In this document: in pieces, positions 36,898 to 49,659 of the stretch | Position numbering within the stretch: the first letter of the stretch is position 1 | Layout: each line of letters begins with the position of its first letter | NCBI GenBank assembly: GCA_977016875.1 | Contig: CDRNST010000287.1 | Location: forward strand, 434,001 to 498,000 | DNA from: Pavona decussata | Taxonomy: Eukaryota | Length of the DNA: 64,000 nt | Direction of reading: 5' to 3' | Notes under the pieces: model-generated | Seen by the model: the letters and a program-made list of their open reading frames with translations, nothing else | Told to the model about the DNA's origin: nothing | Database searches by the model: none | Position numbers and translations under genes: made by a program

Positions 36898-37430
36898 GTT
36901 TCCTTTTACGTTTCCCGCCAAACTGCATGGTCATTGTGAAATCATATGTAATTATATTTTACCCCGAGGGGAGTTCTTTCACTGTGTAACCACATCCCCA
37001 AGGGAAACATGAAACCTGAGCTAAACCGAACCCAAGCCATTTACCCTCTGGAAAGCCCCAAACCTAAGGTGTGTGTAACCACAACTATTACAAAATTCGT
37101 TTACCTGGGTAAATACTGAATGATATATTATATCTTGAATCTATATTGCTTTTCAGAAAAAGACACCTGGTCGTGTTATCAGGAAAATGGCAAAAATTGA
37201 CAAAGACATGATGGAATTGGAGGAGTTAAGTGGCAAATTTAAATCAGTTAATGCAGGTAAGATTGCATGGTTAATATATTTGAAATTGAGCACGGTGCAC
37301 ATGGTAAAAATAATTAAAGTTAATTAAAGGATTGTAGTTCTCCACGATCGCATTGCGGGGGTCGTACATGGTTCAATACTCTTATTTTTTTATCGGGGAC
37401 TGACCAGGAAATCTATTTATGAGGTATTTT

Positions 37431-37649
37431 TAGACTGCGAGTAGTCTCTAATTTTGGCGATGGCGATAGTGGGGCGGGCTAAATATATACGCGCGCGCAC
37501 GGAATTTAGAGAAGACGTGACATGAGGGGAGAGCAGAAAATTATTTTTCGGTGCTCTTCCTCACGACGTGTCTCCTCGCGGGAGGCGATTTTCGCACGCG
37601 TGCGTGTATTTCGCCGGAATCGCCAAAATTAGAGACTACTCGCAGTCTA
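37431..37649. mobile_element. MITE with 30-bp perfect TIRs
   Basis: TAGACTGCGAGTAGTCTCTAATTTTGGCGA / TCGCCAAAATTAGAGACTACTCGCAGTCTA. The TSD is unresolved. Confidence 0.9.
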
Positions 37650-37689
37650 TAAACTTCACTTTTGTTTCATGACAATCCTTTTATTTGAA

Positions 37690-39990
37690 GGCGAAAGTGG
37701 CTTTATGGTCTTCAGGCTGGCACGTGCCTCCAAAAAAGTCTACTGGATAATTTCGCATGTACAGAGCCGCAAGCGGTGAGTGCCGTTCCAGCTGCAACAT
37801 CTCTTCAGGAAGGGATTTCAATTGCAAAGAAAATGCTACTATTCTTCTGAAAGCACTGGCAGAGGTTGCGAAACTTCCCGTGATTAAGTCTGGAATAAGC
37901 GAAGATAAAGTCATTTCCTGGTTAAGAGGTTCTAAGAAAGGTTGGATTGCTTCCCGATATTAAAAAATCCTTAGATTCTTTGCAGAGTTATTCAAAGGGA
38001 TCACAGCTCAATGGCAGATCCCTTAAGAAAGAATGGTGGTAAACGCACTTGCACCAACTTGTGCATTTCAGTTTAATCAACATATCATTTAATATTAATC
38101 GTGGCCTGAGCTTTACAAAGGCCTTGAGATCCTATTCTGTGTCAGAGAAAGGAAAAGCTTTCCTCGAGACTCCATATGATTTATTTGTACTGCATCCAGA
38201 CCTGTTTGAATATACCAAAAAAAAAAAATGAACAGTTAAAAGGGAAAAAAATGATTCTTCGAACAGAAACAAACACTACTTACCAAAGATCAGAGAGCAG
38301 TTAAGTGATTGCCAGATGTTGTTTGATGTGAAAGGAAAATCTGCGTATGAATATCCCTGTCAAAGACCACATTTCATGTGGGAGGATTGCCAACTAACAA
38401 AGAGAGGTACCTCAACCGAAAAGTTGAATTTGAAGATCGATACGACAACAACAGAAGTATGGGTCAAGAGCACGCGTTGTCTCTCAATCCGTAAAAATTG
38501 ACATCCAAACAGCGGTAAAGAAAGATTGTTCCCTCACCACAATGCAACTCTAGAAAGGCCATGGGATTGGATTTATTCCTGCTGAAAAATCCCCAGCAGC
38601 CTCCAATCCAAGCAGGATTAGAAGGGAAAGACAGGTGGCATTGGAAGGAAGATCTAAACTACATCCCAGTATATTTCCTGTTCTCCAAGTGTTGGAGTTC
38701 AAGAACTTCAGAAAAGAGTATGAAAATATACAGGAGTCGGTCGATGAACAATTTTTTGCTAAAGTAAATGAAAGAATGGGAAAAAAAACTAATGGAAGGC
38801 GCAGAGTACTTGCTATCGCCATCAAGAAATTTTCCTTTTTTTCTTGCGCCCTATCAGGCTGACCTTTTAAGCGAAACAAAGGATTTATACGTGGACATTA
38901 CCTACACCAGCAATAGTGGATTTCCTTATTTACTAAATATGGTAGCTTTCAACGAAAATACAATGGCATATAATGCAGTTGCGAGAGTGCTTCTGAATAA
39001 ACAAGACGGCGCAGCTTATGCAACAGCCATTTCGGAGGTATTTACGCACGTAACTAAAATCCACCCTTCATTTAAAAACGGATAAAACCTACGGCAGATC
39101 ATGGTTGATTTTGACTAAGCGGAATACAACGGTTTCGAGAGAAGCGTTGAGGCAAAAATAACTGAAAAGATTATGCGCGGTTGCACTGTCCACTGGAAAA
39201 CCTCGGTAAACCGTGTAAGCGACATTGTTACTAATAGTAAAGACGAGCACATTATATTTTGCTACCTAGGGCAAAATATTCCAGACTTTAAGGAGCAAGG
39301 CGATGTCACGCTGGCATTTGACGTTCTTTGTGGTAGAAAGTGCATAGCAGAGGCCAGGCATCTTCTCCCTCAACATTTGGCTGATATTTGTGACGGAATC
39401 ATTAACATTCAACGGGCGAAATCTGTGTACTGGGTAAGATGGTGGTCTAGGGAAAGAATACAAAGAATGTATTGCAAGGCATACACACTTCGTGATAGCG
39501 AAGAGCGGGACGCGACCCCAAATACTAACAATCCCGTCGAGTCCTTAAATCGCCAGTCGATTGGTGACAGATGTAGAAACATTTCAGTGCTGATGAAAAA
39601 TATTTACCTGGAAGATAGGCTGCATGCCGTCAAGATTGTGGCAAGCGCACAAAACATCAATATAAGCTATGAAAATAAAAGCAGGGAAGAAAAAGAAAGG
39701 AAACAAAGGAAGAGGAAACGATCACGACTCAGTTTAAGAGGAATAAGAAGTTCATTAAACGAAACCGAAGCGCAGATGGACCAGACAGCACCTGACAAAA
39801 GGCGACGGTTGGAGAAACGGACATCGAAAACGAAATTAGCAGAAACGATGATTGGGACCAGAATAAAAGAAGAGTACGAGGAGAACGTGGATGGAGAGGT
39901 GAGGTATCTTGGCTGGATAAAAGGAACAGTAATGGAATATGGCAAATTGAACGGATATCTTGTTCAGTTTCCAGACGATGTGGACTGCCT
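37690..39990 (+). pseudogene. MULE/Mutator-like DDE transposase pseudogene
   Basis: LYVDITY (first D), IMVDFD (second D), RGCTVHW (CxxH signature) and NTNNPVESLNRQ (E). Several stops and frameshifts. Confidence 0.8.
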
Positions 39991-40119
39991 ATTGTATTAC
40001 TCTGTCAATACCTTTTGTGTTTTTCCGAGCACCAAAACACTATGAAGACCTGCAAATTCTCCTAACATCATTTTCACTGTGTTTTTTAACCTGTAGTACT
40101 AATCTATACAAAATTTTCT

Positions 40120-43041
40120 CCTCAAGATATCTGAGGGAGGACCTGTTTGTCAACTGCATGTACCAGCTTTACCTGGAGAAAAACGAGCTGGATGTGTGGG
40201 AAAAAAAAACAGGCACTTAGGTAAATATCACTTAAATGGTGCAATAATTTTGTAAGGGTATATAAGTTCCAATGATGGGGTGGCGAAATAAATAATTGTA
40301 AACTTAGCCTCCAGTAAAACCTGTTTACTGTGCAAATAAAAATCAGCTGCGATCAGTTTTTTTTTTCATCTCTTTGATGCACACTTATTCAGTGATATTT
40401 TAAACCAACAGACATAGCACTGTTGTTTTTTAAAAAATTTTCAAAGTTATGTCACCGACTTCATAAGTTTTCAAATGAAAGTTATATTAATTTGCTAACA
40501 TTTGGCCAGGATTTTCGCATGCCAGTATAAAATTAAGCATAATGGATTTACAATATTCTTCATGCCACTAAATAATCATATTTTTCAGGGACAGACAACA
40601 GAATGTGACACCTGACACAGCAACATCCAAACCCCAGGTCAGTTCCTTCCTGTACCACAAAAGCTTCAACGAAGAATTCAACATGGGGTTTGGACATCCT
40701 CGAACTAACACATGTGCAAGGTGTGACGAGATGGCAATTACAATCATTGCGGCGACAAGTTCAGAGGAAAGGCGTGGCCTGGAGAAACAAAAGGAAGAGC
40801 ATCAGAAGAAGGCGGTGTGCCAGGTGTCACATTCTGTTGTCTGTCCCTGAAAAATATGATTATTTAGTGGCATGAAGAATATTGTAAATCCATTATGCTT
40901 AATTTTATACTGGCATGCATCAGCTACTGATGCCCTGGTAACTTTAAATTGGCTGAACCTAGAACAACGTAGATCTTACCATCGTTGTACATATATTTAC
41001 AAGTGCATTAATGGACTTATGGACCACTCTATGAATTTACTAAAAAACAGTGACATTCATAATTATAATACAAGGAACAAAGACATGCTCAGACTACCCC
41101 GTGTTACCAGAAATTGGGGAAAGCAGAGAGTTTGCCATCACTCTCTCAAAGACTGGAATGAACTAGAGAGAGAGACCAGAAATGTGCCGAATATTTCTAC
41201 TTTTAAGCGAAACATGTTTGCCAGGTTTTTTAATTAATCCTATCGATAAGAATTTTTGTAGTTTTAGCTTTTTTGCTTTTATCATTTTTTATTTTTTTTA
41301 TTTTTTATCAATTTGAAGTTTTTAACCCCATCGATGATCATTAAGTCTTTGTAGTTTCAGCTTCTAGTTTGAATTGCTGTTTTTATCATTTTGTAGTTTT
41401 GTCTTATATATTGTATTTTTTAACCTTTTGTATATTTAATCTTTATAGGACCTTTCTGAAAACCACATTTAGTGAATGAAAGCTTCCTAATAAAAGATTA
41501 CTATTATTATTATTGAAGAGGGTTTCCAGTCAAAGACGGACGACAAAAAGGCAGCCATCTACAGCTGGCGGGGTGAAAGGAGGGAAATCGGCAGCATCCC
41601 TTTACGATCAAAAGATGCCGTCAATATGATTACATACGACTTCCAGCAAAATCTTGAGATGCCAACACTACGGCACAACGATGTGTTTTACGCCTACCAG
41701 CTGTGGACCTACAACTTTGGTATCCATGACTGTGTAGCCAACAAAGAAATTATGAACATCTGGCCAGAAACCGTACCCAAGCGAGGATCTGCAGAGCTCG
41801 CCTCCTGCCTCGAAACCTACCTCAAGGAGAATGGCACAGGAGCCAGGTTAGCTTACACAATTTAGTGCCATCAAATATTTGCAAACGAAAGGAAAACTGT
41901 TTGGTACCTTTCAAAGATGTTTTCTATGCTTACACTAGTAGCTATGTGTCTCCCACTAAAAATACAACCAAATTACTGAAACCTAGTGATGTTAAAATCA
42001 GGCTACAATGAAAGATGGTCAAGCATCAATCTCGTCAAATGCAAGTCGTCATAAAATCTTACTCATATTTACGACCTGTCTAATTAAATTGCTTTTTGCT
42101 CATCTCGTCTTATTTGTGCGGCTATCTCCTCTCTGCCATCATTTTGAATTCGTATGCCAGGAACGTCAAAAACGATAATGCTACTGGCAAGAATAAGAGT
42201 GGGTAATTTGAAAAAGTAAAAATCGCCTGATTTTTACTGGCTTTCGTCAAAATTGAAAGAGCCCAAAAATTCGGGGATTATTGTGGTCACATACTGTGCC
42301 TGCGAAGGCTTGCATAAGGAGCAAAAGATGATTATTTTTAAACAGAATGTAACTGAACAATTTTTTTAATTTCCTTTCAATTCAGGTCCTTCGTCAGTTA
42401 CTCCGACGGCTGCGGAGGACAGAACAAGAATTTTACAATTATTCTTTATTACGCCAACCTACATTTGCGCGGCATCTATGAGACCCTGGACAACAAGTTT
42501 CTGGCCAGGGGCCACACTTTCCTTGAAAATGACACCAATTTCGCACAGATCAAAAAGCGGAAAAGGAAAAGTGTGGTCTATTTGCCAGAGGATTGGTTCA
42601 GGGTCATAAAAGAGGCCAACCTCAAGAAGCCTATCCCTGTTAGAGAAATGGAGGGACGACTTTAAAGACTGGAAGAAATACCTGGAATCAAAGTACCGAC
42701 TAAAGCCAAAAGACACCGCCGGACAGCCTGTGCGTCTCCGAGAAAAGCAGTGGTTCAATGTTGGTTGGGGAGAGGAGACAACAGCATCCGGGACCCACAG
42801 GCTTGTCCATCATCCTCGCCAGGTCTGGTTCCGGTCAACATTCAGCCGCCAGGAGCCGTGGACAAAAGTGGACCTTGTTATCAAGGAGGAAGACAGACGG
42901 TACCCCCCAGCTCTCTACGATGGGCCCATCCCCCTCAAGCCTGAAAAAGTTAAAGACTTGAAGATCGCGGAGAAACACCTCCCGGCTCCCCAGAGGTTCT
43001 TCTACCTTGACCTGGTGGAGAATGAAGGCCCTGAAGAAGAG
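40120..43041 (+). pseudogene. Sola1 transposase pseudogene, multi-exon and interrupted by a LINE
   Basis: YQLYLEK, FNEEFNMGFGHPRTNTCARC, YDFQQNLEMP..QLWTYNFGIH..RGSAELASCL, SDGCGGQNKN, FLARGHTFLENDTNFAQI and KPEKVKDL. Confidence 0.8.
40815..41514 (+). mobile_element. 5'-truncated L2/CR1-group LINE
   Basis: LNWLNLEQRR..YKCINGL..HNYNTRN..LRLPRVTRNWGKQR..WNEL, then a T-rich UTR, AATAAA and an (ATT)n tail. It splits Sola1 HQKKA|EEGF without a TSD. Confidence 0.85.
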
Positions 43042-43231
43042 GTACTTTACATATTTCTATTTCTTCTCTTATCTTACATTCTTTGGGTTTCTTGGAGAAA
43101 TTATTTGCGAGCATTTCTTCTTATCTTACATTCTTTGGGTTTCTTGGAGAAGTTATTTGCGAGCATTTCCTATCTGAGAATGGTGTATTATTCAAAGTGA
43201 CACAGGCATACTCGGTAAAAAGAAATCCGAG

Positions 43232-43304
43232 TGCTCCCATCAGGAGTCGAACCTAAGACCTTCTCATTACTAGTTCAGATGCTCTACCACTGAGCTACAG
43301 GAGA
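43232..43304 (-). other. tRNA-Thr(AGT)-like SINE head / pseudo-tRNA, copy 1
   Basis: Minus strand shows A-box TAGCTCAGTGGTAGAGC, loop CTAGTAA and B-box GGTTCGACTCC. The anticodon stem is mutated. Confidence 0.65.
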
Positions 43305-43694
43305 TTTGTGGGAGCTAAGGCCATTAATCTGTTGGATTTGCTTGCTGGGGTGTATTGTCATCAGTTTTTTCATGGTCTGTTAGCCACAAATCACAAACGT
43401 GGCCGTGTACAGAAAAATCAATATTTTAAAGTCATCCCTCTCCATTTCTCTGACCTTGAAAGGTTTCTTGAGTTTGGTCTCATCCAAATTCAAACAAACA
43501 ATGAACGAAATGAAATTAACTGTCTAAAATTCTCTTCAAAATTCTAAAATCCCCTCCCTTGAAATGCTAAAGTCATTGGGTTTTTCTTTGCCTGAAATTA
43601 CCTGATTTGGTTGTTTACCTTACATCTGTTGTCTGATGTCTGATGTATTATTCTTGAAAGTGAAACAGGCATACTCGGAAAAAGGAAATCCGAG

Positions 43695-43767
43695 TGCTAC
43701 TATCAGGAGTCGAACCTATGACCTTCCGATTACTAGTTCGGATGCTCTACAACTGAGCTAAAGGAGA
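43695..43767 (-). other. tRNA-Thr(AGT)-like SINE head / pseudo-tRNA, copy 2
   Basis: TAGCTCAGTTGTAGAGCATCCGAACTAGTAATCGGAAGGTCATAGGTTCGACTCC. The acceptor stem is imperfect. Confidence 0.65.
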
Positions 43768-44869
43768 CTCATGGAAGCTAAGGCCATTTATCTGTTGGAT
43801 TTGCTTGCTGGGGTGTATTGTCATCGGTTTTTTCATGGTCTGTTAGGCACAAGTCACAAACACGGCTGTGTACAAAAAAAAAATCAATCTTTTAAAGTCA
43901 TCCCTCTCCATTTCTCTGACCTTGAAAGGCTTCTTGAGTTTGAACAAAATGAAATTAACTCTCTTAAAAATTCTAAAATCTCTTTCGCCCCTTAAAATGC
44001 TTAAGTCACTGGGTTTTTCGTTGCCTGAAATTACCTGATTTGGTTGTTTACCTTACGTCTGTTGTCTGATGTATTATTCTAGAAAGTGACACAGGCATAC
44101 TCGGAAAAAGGAAATCCGAGTGCTCCTATCAGGAGTTGAACCGATAACTAGTTCGGATACTTCCTAACGAAAAGGTGTAGCAGCGATCCAGGCTTTTCTT
44201 TGATCTCATGACTATATGGTCTTCATATCGCAAGACTTGTTTGCATTCTGCTGATTGTGATTTCGCAGGCTTGTTGTTTATTATGCATGAATTTGAGTTG
44301 AAATCAGAACTGTTTGTTTATATCTTGTATGCTGGCTTTGTTTTTTTGAGTTGCCTTAGCCACAAGACACAAATACTGTGTCCAAACAAATTCAATGAGT
44401 AGAATAACGATCTTTTAAACTATCAAAAATAATTAATATTGTGTGGACAGTAAACAAAAAATTAAAATTTAACGTCAATGTAAAATATATATAGTAATTT
44501 GTCATATGTCATGTAGTTGGTAGTTCGCAATAATTCGCGATAAAAATAAAAACTAGCACAACTAGATTGAAAAGCAAAATAATAACAAAAAGAAAAAAAC
44601 TTAAGTAACAAAACAAAATGTTAAAGAAATTTACGTTTATTTTACCAATCAAAAAAACAGCAGAAGTCTTTTTTATTAAGGTTTCTTGGCTTTCTGTTCA
44701 GGGCATGTTGTTTATTGCATTAGTTTTAGTTTTTTGAGCTGGCTTGTATTACGGCCTTCTTTATGAAGTTCTCATTTTATCACTTAATAACTGGGCCAAA
44801 TTTAAACAAACATTAAACAAAATAAATTTAACTCACTTTAAACTTTGGGGAATTGGTTTAAAATGGTTC

Positions 44870-45240
44870 CCCTACTGGGTCTTTTGTTGATGTGGTTAGT
44901 TACCTCGCGATGCTACATTCGTTACAGGTTTCTTGATTTTGTATTGGGCCTTCTAACGCCTCTGGAAATGCGAAAGTCACTAGATTTTGTGTCAATGTAT
45001 TTTGCATTGGGTCTTCTTGCGCCTCTGGAAATGCTAAGGTCACTGGGTTTTTTGTTGATGTGCTTGTTGACCTCGCCTCGCTACATCTGTGAAGGTTTCT
45101 TGGTTTTATATTGGGCATTCTAATGCCTCTGAAAATGCAAAAGTCACTAGATTTTGCATCGATGTATTTTGCATTGGGCCTTCTTACGCCTCTGGAAATA
45201 CTAAGGTCATTCGGTTTTTGGTTAATGTGGTTTTGGATGT
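44870..45240 (+). repeat. Diverged tandem repeat (~170-bp period with ~65-bp subunits)
   Basis: ATTGGGCCTTCT..GCCTCTGGAAATGC..GTCACT occurs four times. Confidence 0.75.
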
Positions 45241-45925
45241 GTTTATCTTGCGTGAATTTAAGTTGAAACATGAGGAACCGAAAGGATGTTTTTTTGCCTG
45301 CCCCCACGGTACATCCGTTGCTGGGGACGCAAAAAATTAAGCCTCTTGAAGAAACTATGGTTATCAAAAGTGGTGCTGGTGCATGTAGAGAGAGAATAAA
45401 AAAACCTAACCAAAACAAACAAATCGAATGAACAATGTTACTGATGTCTTCCTTGATTATTCCTCCTATTTAACAAGTAGATGGGTGAAAGTTGACAGCC
45501 ATCAAGTACCTAAAGAGTACTTTGAATACTTGCTTGGAAAAGCCAAACTCAAAGTAAATGCTGTGAAAGATACCTCCCACAAATCACAGCCATCCTACAA
45601 CAGTAGCACCCGAAAAATATCTTACAAGATATTTGACCCAGATTCCTTCTTTGATGCCCTAGAAGAAAGCCATGTGGCCTTTACAACAGAAGCAATGTAT
45701 TCTGGAAATGAAAGACATGAAGACAGTTCTTCAGTATTGGGCCTTTCTGCACCTGTTAAAAAAGTTTCTGTCACTAGGATTTTTGTTGATAAGGACACGG
45801 CATGATATCAGCAACTACCATGATAAAAGCAACATTTTATTTTATGATATCTTTCAGTCAGTACGAGCGGTGTGTGTGGTCAATGTTAAAGGCCGTATGT
45901 TATTGCACAGCCCAGTAAATTTTAA

Positions 45926-46067
45926 AAACTGGTTTTCACCAGCGACCGAGTCGGAGTCAGAGTCGTCGCTTACATTCCGGAATCGGAACGCTGTTTTCAC
46001 TAGATCATAAGCTCTACACTTCTGATTATGACTACGACTCTGACTTCGTCGCTAGTGAAAACCAGCC
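45926..46067. mobile_element. Harbinger/Tourist-like MITE
   Basis: CTGGTTTTCACCAGCGAC at the left end and GTCGCTAGTGAAAACCAG at the right, in a TTAA context. GAGTC/GACTC subrepeats. Confidence 0.7.
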
Positions 46068-46110
46068 TTAAAGCCTTCGGGGTGGATTCATTGTTTGGTT
46101 TGTTCTTTGG

Positions 46111-46369
46111 TGAAAGTCTAACTGCCAAAGTAAGCTACAATGAGTAGGGTGGCTCCTATGATACCCCCACCTTTGAGTGGTTAATACGGATGTTCTTGAA
46201 ACGGAAAAACGTCTGGGGGACCTATAGCCGTGGCACTTGAAAACCAAAATTTTGATTAATTTATTTATTCTAATTTATTTCTTATCTGCGTAAAGCGCAT
46301 AAAAGAGCGCTTTGTGTTGTCTGGAAAGTATTTGGCATTTCAAAAGCAAGCGTTTCCAAATAGGTTTTG
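46111..46369 (+). repeat. ~260-bp dispersed repeat, copy 1
   Basis: TGAAAGTCTAACTGCCAAAGTA..AATAGGTTTTG, a direct repeat of 49660-49921. Confidence 0.85.
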
Positions 46370-48533
46370 TTGAGCACAGGTAAAGGATTCTCAGGAATTC
46401 AGAGACACGCCAAGAAGTTGAAAGAAACAGCCGTTTCGAGTGAAATTGATGATGCAACGCCTGGTACTTCGCGATCGCCCGATTCATCATCCTCCGCATC
46501 TGACACTTATCACCCGATCAGTGCATCAAGATCAAAAATAAGTTTACCAGACAGCGATGCCTCCTCAGAAAGCTCCAAGGAAAGCGATTTTCAAGGACAA
46601 GGATACAGACTAATAGATCTCAACAAATTTTCTTCTTCTTTCACCATGGCACATGTCTGCGAGGAAGGTAAACATTAGATAAGTGACGTATTTTGACTTC
46701 GAAAACTTTACATGTGGTCAAGTGCAATTGTTATTTAAGGTTGTGTGCCAAATGTTTAAACTGTGTCATCAAGTTTCTCTTTGATTCAGTGTTCTAAGAT
46801 ATTAAAAAAACATCTGATGACTTATTTGTTTGCTCATTTTGCTGTCGAAATATGTATGGAAGGTCTGACACTTTCCCTCATGTACAGTGTCATACAATGA
46901 TGTCCCTGAAAAATGTCATTTTCGCATTTATTTGTCTGTGGTTTTTTACCCACTGCTATTTTAGGGAATTTGACGATTCAAGAAAATGAATCAAAAAGAA
47001 GAGGACTGATGGCAAATCTCTCTGCACAGTGTAGCTTGTGTCTTGATGAGACAACCCTGGAAACTTCCTCTTTTATCAGCAAGCGGGGGAAATCTGTTGA
47101 TGTCAACAGGCGTATTGTTTACCATTCAATTGAGACTGGTGGTGGGTACGAAGGACTTGCATCCTTCTGTAGCATTATGAATATGCCTTGCATTACCAAA
47201 ACAGCTTACTATCAGCATGTAGAAACAATCCTTGAGGCTCTTGAACTTGAAGCAAAAGATGACATGAAACAAGCAGGACAACAGCTTCGGCAACATGTTT
47301 TGGCTGAAAATGGTGATGAAGATAGTGACCAAGTTGTGGACGCCGCAGTCAGCTTTGACGGTACATGGGCTAAAAGACGCTTTACCTCCCTTCATGGAGT
47401 TCTTTTTGTTATTTCAGTGGACACAGGGGAAGTGCTGGATTATTTCCCGCTTTCCAAGTCCTGCCAGAGTTGTTCGGTTGAAGAGGCACAGTGTAAATCT
47501 GAAGAGGAATTTGAAGAATGGCAAATGGAACATGTAGCTTCTGGTAATTGTGATATCAACTTTAGAGGAAGTTCACCTGCCATGGAAGCAAAGGGTGCAG
47601 AAGAACTGTGGAACAGGTCTGTTGAGCTGCACAACATCCAATACAAGTGGATGGTGTGCAATGTTGACAGCGAGGCCTTTAACACTGTAGAGGACACATA
47701 TCCAGACTGTAAGGTCATTAAACTAGACTGTGTTGGACATGTCCAGAACAGAATGGGCAAGCACCTGTTAAACTTAAAGTCCAGAACCAAAGGCAAACTG
47801 GCTGATGGGAAGCCGATTGGAGGGTGCGGCCGCCTCACGGATGATAAAATAAAACATCCAGAGATACTACGGCCTAGCCATTAGGCAAAACACTCTTTCA
47901 AATCCTAATCCATCAGAAAGGGAGGTCAATGTGGGCTGTATATACCATGAAAAAGAATATCATAGCCACCTTGCACCATTCTGTAAAAGCTGAAAATCAA
48001 GCAAAACAGCACAGATATTGTCCTCCTGGTGAGAAGTCTTGGTGCAAGTGGCAACAAGATCTGGCGACAGGAACCTCAACCTATAAAGGAGATGACTGCC
48101 CACCTGAGGTTTTCCTTGAATTGTTACGCCCCACTTTTATGGCATTGAGTGAGACCAAACTTTTAGAACGGTGTGTGTTGGGTGCTACACAGAATAGAAA
48201 TGAATGTATCAATTCTCTGGTTTGGGGCAGGTGCCCGAAACACAAACATCACGGTGCCAAAGTAATTGGCTGTGGAGTGGCTTCTGCAGTGCTACACTTC
48301 CACAGAGGACCTTCTAGCAGAGAGAAAGAGTGATGCAAAGGCTTTCTATTCCAGCTGGAAAGTACACAAAGAGGGCCTCTCTTTTAAGGGAGAGGAAACG
48401 TGTCAAGAAATCTGACCTGCAGGCTACTAGAAAAGAAAGGAAGCGTTGGCAAGCAGAGGATCAGAGGAAAACCCGTCGAGAAGAGGCCCTTCGTGAGAAA
48501 GATGGAGACTGCTATGAAGCAGGAGCTTTCTAA
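46370..48533 (+). pseudogene. Kolobok DDE transposase, intron 46668-46964, with frameshifts
   Basis: SFDGTWAKR, GSSPAMEA, KLDCVGHVQNRMG, GRLTD, HRYCPPGEKSWCKW, TQNRNECINSLVW.RCPK and a terminal YEAGAF. The middle catalytic region reads CNVDSEAF, which appears mutated. Confidence 0.85.
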
Positions 48534-49143
48534 AGTTGCTTGTGGACATTCTGAACTGAAGACATGAACTTGCTACCTCTAAAGCTTAAGTAGCAATCCT
48601 AAAATGACATTCGTAACTTTAACGCTCGTTTTCTCAGATTCCGTACTTTAGGTCTTTGAGAAAAGATATCTCAAATTGTATTTATCCGATTGATGTAAAA
48701 TTTTCAGTGCTTATTCTCCTCAGTGAGTTAAGTTAAATGAGCATAGAGGTTTTTCATATGTTGATTTGAAGTGAAGTTATTGCAGAAATCCAGCCTCAAA
48801 AATCTTAGTTAACTTTGGAGGGGCACTAAGGCAAATGTTTTTATCATCTCAAAAAGTTCTATGCTCATTTAAGACGGCGATATCTTGGCTCTAGATTGAT
48901 ACCCTAATAACATAATTCCATGAAATCTGCGGGCAGATATCTATTCTCAACTATAGTTTGGTTATGGACAGCATGTGGCTACAATTTTGAACCAGTGTCA
49001 GGTTACAAATTGCGAAAAGTCCAAATAATTGCTATTTTCAGAATCTATAGTTCATAAGCTTTCTTGTTTACTGGGGTTTTGAAATAAACTTTTAAAATAA
49101 CAGTTGCTTACAAAAAGTAATTTTTTTCATGTGTACCCCCGCC
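46370..49143 (+). mobile_element. 5'-truncated Kolobok transposon
   Basis: Contains the transposase pseudogene below. Right end GTGTACCCCCGCC-TTAA. No matching left TIR was found. Confidence 0.75.
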
Positions 49144-49659
49144 TTAAGAAATTCAATAAGATCACCGACTTTTTTGGCCTCTCCATTAGCCACATAAGCC
49201 ATATTCCATTGACTCAGCAGTTTAACCGTAGGAATTCTCTGTCCTTCCAAATTCCTCACATCTCATTCATATAGTTCATTAAACCAACATAAGTTTCCAT
49301 AGCATGCGTTAATTTTGACAAAACAGTTTAACTTATTGGCCTTTGCCGTTAACAACAACACTTTATTAAAAACAGACAGTTACAAGTTAGGTATATACCT
49401 ACCCATAAACAGCTAAAAAAGCTAGTCGAGGTGGGTAGGTATGACTATTAAGCTACATGCAAATAAATTTTCGTGTTTACAAATTGACATTATTAACAAA
49501 ATTTACAAAGCAACAGCAGCAACTAAAATATAACTTAAATAACCAGTAAACAAATAAGTGAATAAACAGAACAAAAAGGATTTGTAAGCTACACTGATAG
49601 AAATTACAGGATTGTTAACTCAAGAAAGCATGCAAGTCAGCTATTATTGAGACACAAAT

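Larger units (their letters stand above)
33827..37086. mobile_element. Apparently intact autonomous PIF/Harbinger transposon (3260 bp)
   Basis: Perfect 14-bp TIR AGTTGTGGTTACAC / GTGTAACCACAACT. ATT TSD at 33824-33826 and 37087-37089. Two uninterrupted convergent ORFs. Confidence 0.93.
43185..44160 (-). repeat. Tandem ~430-465-bp repeat (about 2.2 units), each carrying a tRNA-derived SINE head
   Basis: AAAGTGA(C/A)ACAGGCATACTCGG..ATCCGAGTGCT recurs at ~43194, 43657 and 44083. The spacers are near-identical. Confidence 0.85.

Noticed and set aside
43232-43767. Functional tRNA-Thr genes
   Set aside because: The acceptor and anticodon stems are imperfect and the copies differ from each other, which fits SINE or pseudogene status better.
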